Of a stretch of DNA of 64,000 bases, positions 62,156-64,000 are shown one piece after another. The translations under genes and the position numbers were made by a program. The stretch is taken from assembly GCF_000497125.1 (NCBI RefSeq), contig NC_090598.1, positions 744,001 to 808,000 on the forward strand, given 5' to 3'. How positions within the stretch are numbered: position 1 is the stretch's first letter; each line of letters starts with the position of its first letter. The notes beneath the pieces were generated by a model that was not told the DNA's origin, did not search any database, and was given only the letters and a program-made list of their open reading frames with translations. The stretch is from Spironucleus salmonicida. Its lineage: Eukaryota.

Positions 62156-62262
62156 TATACCAATACTCTGGATGTCCCTACATCGGCTGAGCTACAGATA
62201 CAATGAAGAAATTATATAATAATATATTTTTAAATATATTTTATACCACTTCTATTTAATAT

Positions 62263-62766
62263 ATGTCATCACGTGCATAGCGCCATCTACTTCGTGAATA
62301 TTAGTAGCTACAACGAGATCCTATTCCAGGAATATCTGTTGGGCTTCTTAACGATTCTTTATTCTCTTGGAAGATTCTTATTTAAGGCCCTCCTGATTCT
62401 CCTTTTGAATCAGGATTATTTCGCGCTATTTTAACTTTTCCAGACGATTACCCAGATAAACCACCTAAACTTAAATTTACATCTTCCGTTTTTCATCCTA
62501 ATGTATTCACAGATGGGGCAGTCTGTATTTCTATTCTACATGCTCCAGGAGATGATCCTAATGCTTATGAAGATCGTAGCGAGAGATGGTTACCAGTTCA
62601 TAGTGCCAGTAGTGTGATTGTTAGCGTTTAAAGCATGTTAGCAGAACCAAATTGTGAATCTCCAGCTAATGTTGACGCTGCAAAAATATTCAGAAATGAT
62701 TAAGTAGAATATAAAAAGCGAGTCAAGAAATGTGTACGCCTTAGCTTAGAAGATGATGAAGAGTGA
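62263..62766 (+). CDS. UBC7: Ubiquitin-conjugating enzyme E2, UBC7/UBE2G family, 167 aa
   Basis: FHPNVFTDGAVCISILHAPGDDPNAYEDRSERWLPVHS, including the acidic insertion typical of Ubc7/Cdc34. Confidence 0.93.
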
Positions 62767-63151
62767 ATGATTTCTTATTACTAGTTATCTTATTTTAAAT
62801 ATTTTGATTAATTAAGAATAATGAATTAAAACTTAACTTTTGTCTTGATTTCACAATTTTTATACTATTTAATTACTTAAATGATATAAAATTTAAGCTG
62901 TTGCGTATTTAGGTAACCAGATAATATGCGTCTCAAATTTAAGTAGGAATACTTGTGATAAGTTTATATTGTGAAAAATCTTTACAATTTCCTTATTTAA
63001 AGATTTTCGACGCATTGTATATATCTGCAATTTTGAATAAGTAAATTTTAATATATTGCATCACAAAATAACTTTAATTTTTAAACTGTATTAACAAACA
63101 ATAATATTCATTATTTTAATTAACGATTGTTTTCCTTTTACTTAAACAAAA

Positions 63152-63403
63152 ATGGGAGCATGTTTACATAGTTCAAAAGTATAGCAGTCATTCTACTACA
63201 AAACTTTCATCTTTTAATAAGATTATGCCTAGCTTCCTTGTGATTTATCAATAGAAGAATAAAATAATGACGTTCTAAGGATTTAATTTTTCTAAAAACA
63301 GATTCTAGGATCAACTGGACTTATGGACGAAATGTCTTGCTCAATTACACAGCTATCAACAGGTGACTAGTATTCATTGATAGGAATAGATAGCTTTTTG
63401 TGA
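63152..63403 (+). CDS. Small protein with acylation-like N-terminus (MGACLHS), 83 aa
   Basis: AAAAATG GGA GCA TGT; TGA stop. Confidence 0.55.
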
Positions 63404-63417
63404 TATTGATCAATAAT

Positions 63418-63999
63418 TCACTTTTTGAATGAGGAACTCTTAGTAAGCTTTTTTAATGGGCCTAACACTTTTTTACATGCTACAGGATGATTAATATGTA
63501 GAGTATTTTAGCATTAATATATGTTATCACTAGCATCATCGCTTAGCTTATTAAATAAATTTTCAATTTCCAAGAGTTCATGATGAGTAAAAAAAATCAA
63601 AGAATCTCGTTAACTTTTAGGTTCAGTATGTTACTAGTATTATGTGAAATCAGATACATATTAACATTCCTATTCTTTAAAATCTCCTGTTGATGATATT
63701 TCACTAAATTACTCTTAGACAAATTCTAATTATGATGTTTATTTGCAACTATATACTTCTCTTGCTGACAAGGAGTCTGCAATATTGTAGTTAAGAGGCA
63801 TTTAAAGCTCATTAATATATGATATAGGAAGTATTGCTGTTTGTGTATAAGATAAAAGGCCTCTATCACAAGATTATATGTTGATATCGCTTACTGATTC
63901 AGAACCATAAATTCGCATTAAATGTGGTTTTGTTTGCCGGTAAGCCAAGATATTGTAGTTTGAGAATTATTATTTAAACCTTAATTTTACTAGTTTAGT
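63418..63999 (-). CDS. Hypothetical protein, 5' end outside window
   Basis: Open 194 codons with TAR=Gln; ends AAG TGA. Confidence 0.6.
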
Positions 64000-64000
64000 C

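Noticed and set aside
59470-62160. Bacterial contamination in the GC-rich block
   Set aside because: Genes use TAG-Gln, AAAATG starts and AGTGA ends like their neighbours, and have paralogues elsewhere in the window.
1-64000. Mass pseudogenisation or many tiny introns suggested by fragmented ORFs
   Set aside because: Fragments join in frame with only TAA/TAG interruptions; explained by the genetic code.

Overview
Eukaryotic, intron-free, gene-dense DNA from a diplomonad-like protist (Hexamitinae such as Spironucleus/Hexamita; inference). It uses the alternative code in which TAA/TAG = Gln and only TGA is stop, so the supplied standard-code ORF track is fragmented and mostly misleading. Re-read in that code, the window holds about 45 genes. 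These include a compact kinesin, a BRO1-domain protein, RSPH9, a CAMK/SNF1-type kinase, a PGM2-type phosphohexomutase, TMEM208/SND2 (x2), condensin II CAP-H2 (x2), a TPX2-like protein, UBC7/UBE2G, bacterial-type HAD phosphatase and transglutaminase-like genes, six Myb-like genes or pseudogenes, three 639-aa EGF/cysteine-rich membrane proteins and four paralogues of an unknown ~540-aa type-I surface protein. The structure is dominated by segmental duplications. A 4.4-kb-armed near-perfect palindrome (26042-36819) carries the cysteine-rich surface gene and is symmetrically flanked by older diverged Myb paralogues. A 1.7-kb tract from that palindrome makes a third surface-gene copy mosaic. There are also two interleaved direct duplications and a small inverted duplication. 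No transposase, reverse transcriptase, rRNA, tRNA or CRISPR was recognised. All translations were done by hand; family calls come from recalled motifs, not database searches.
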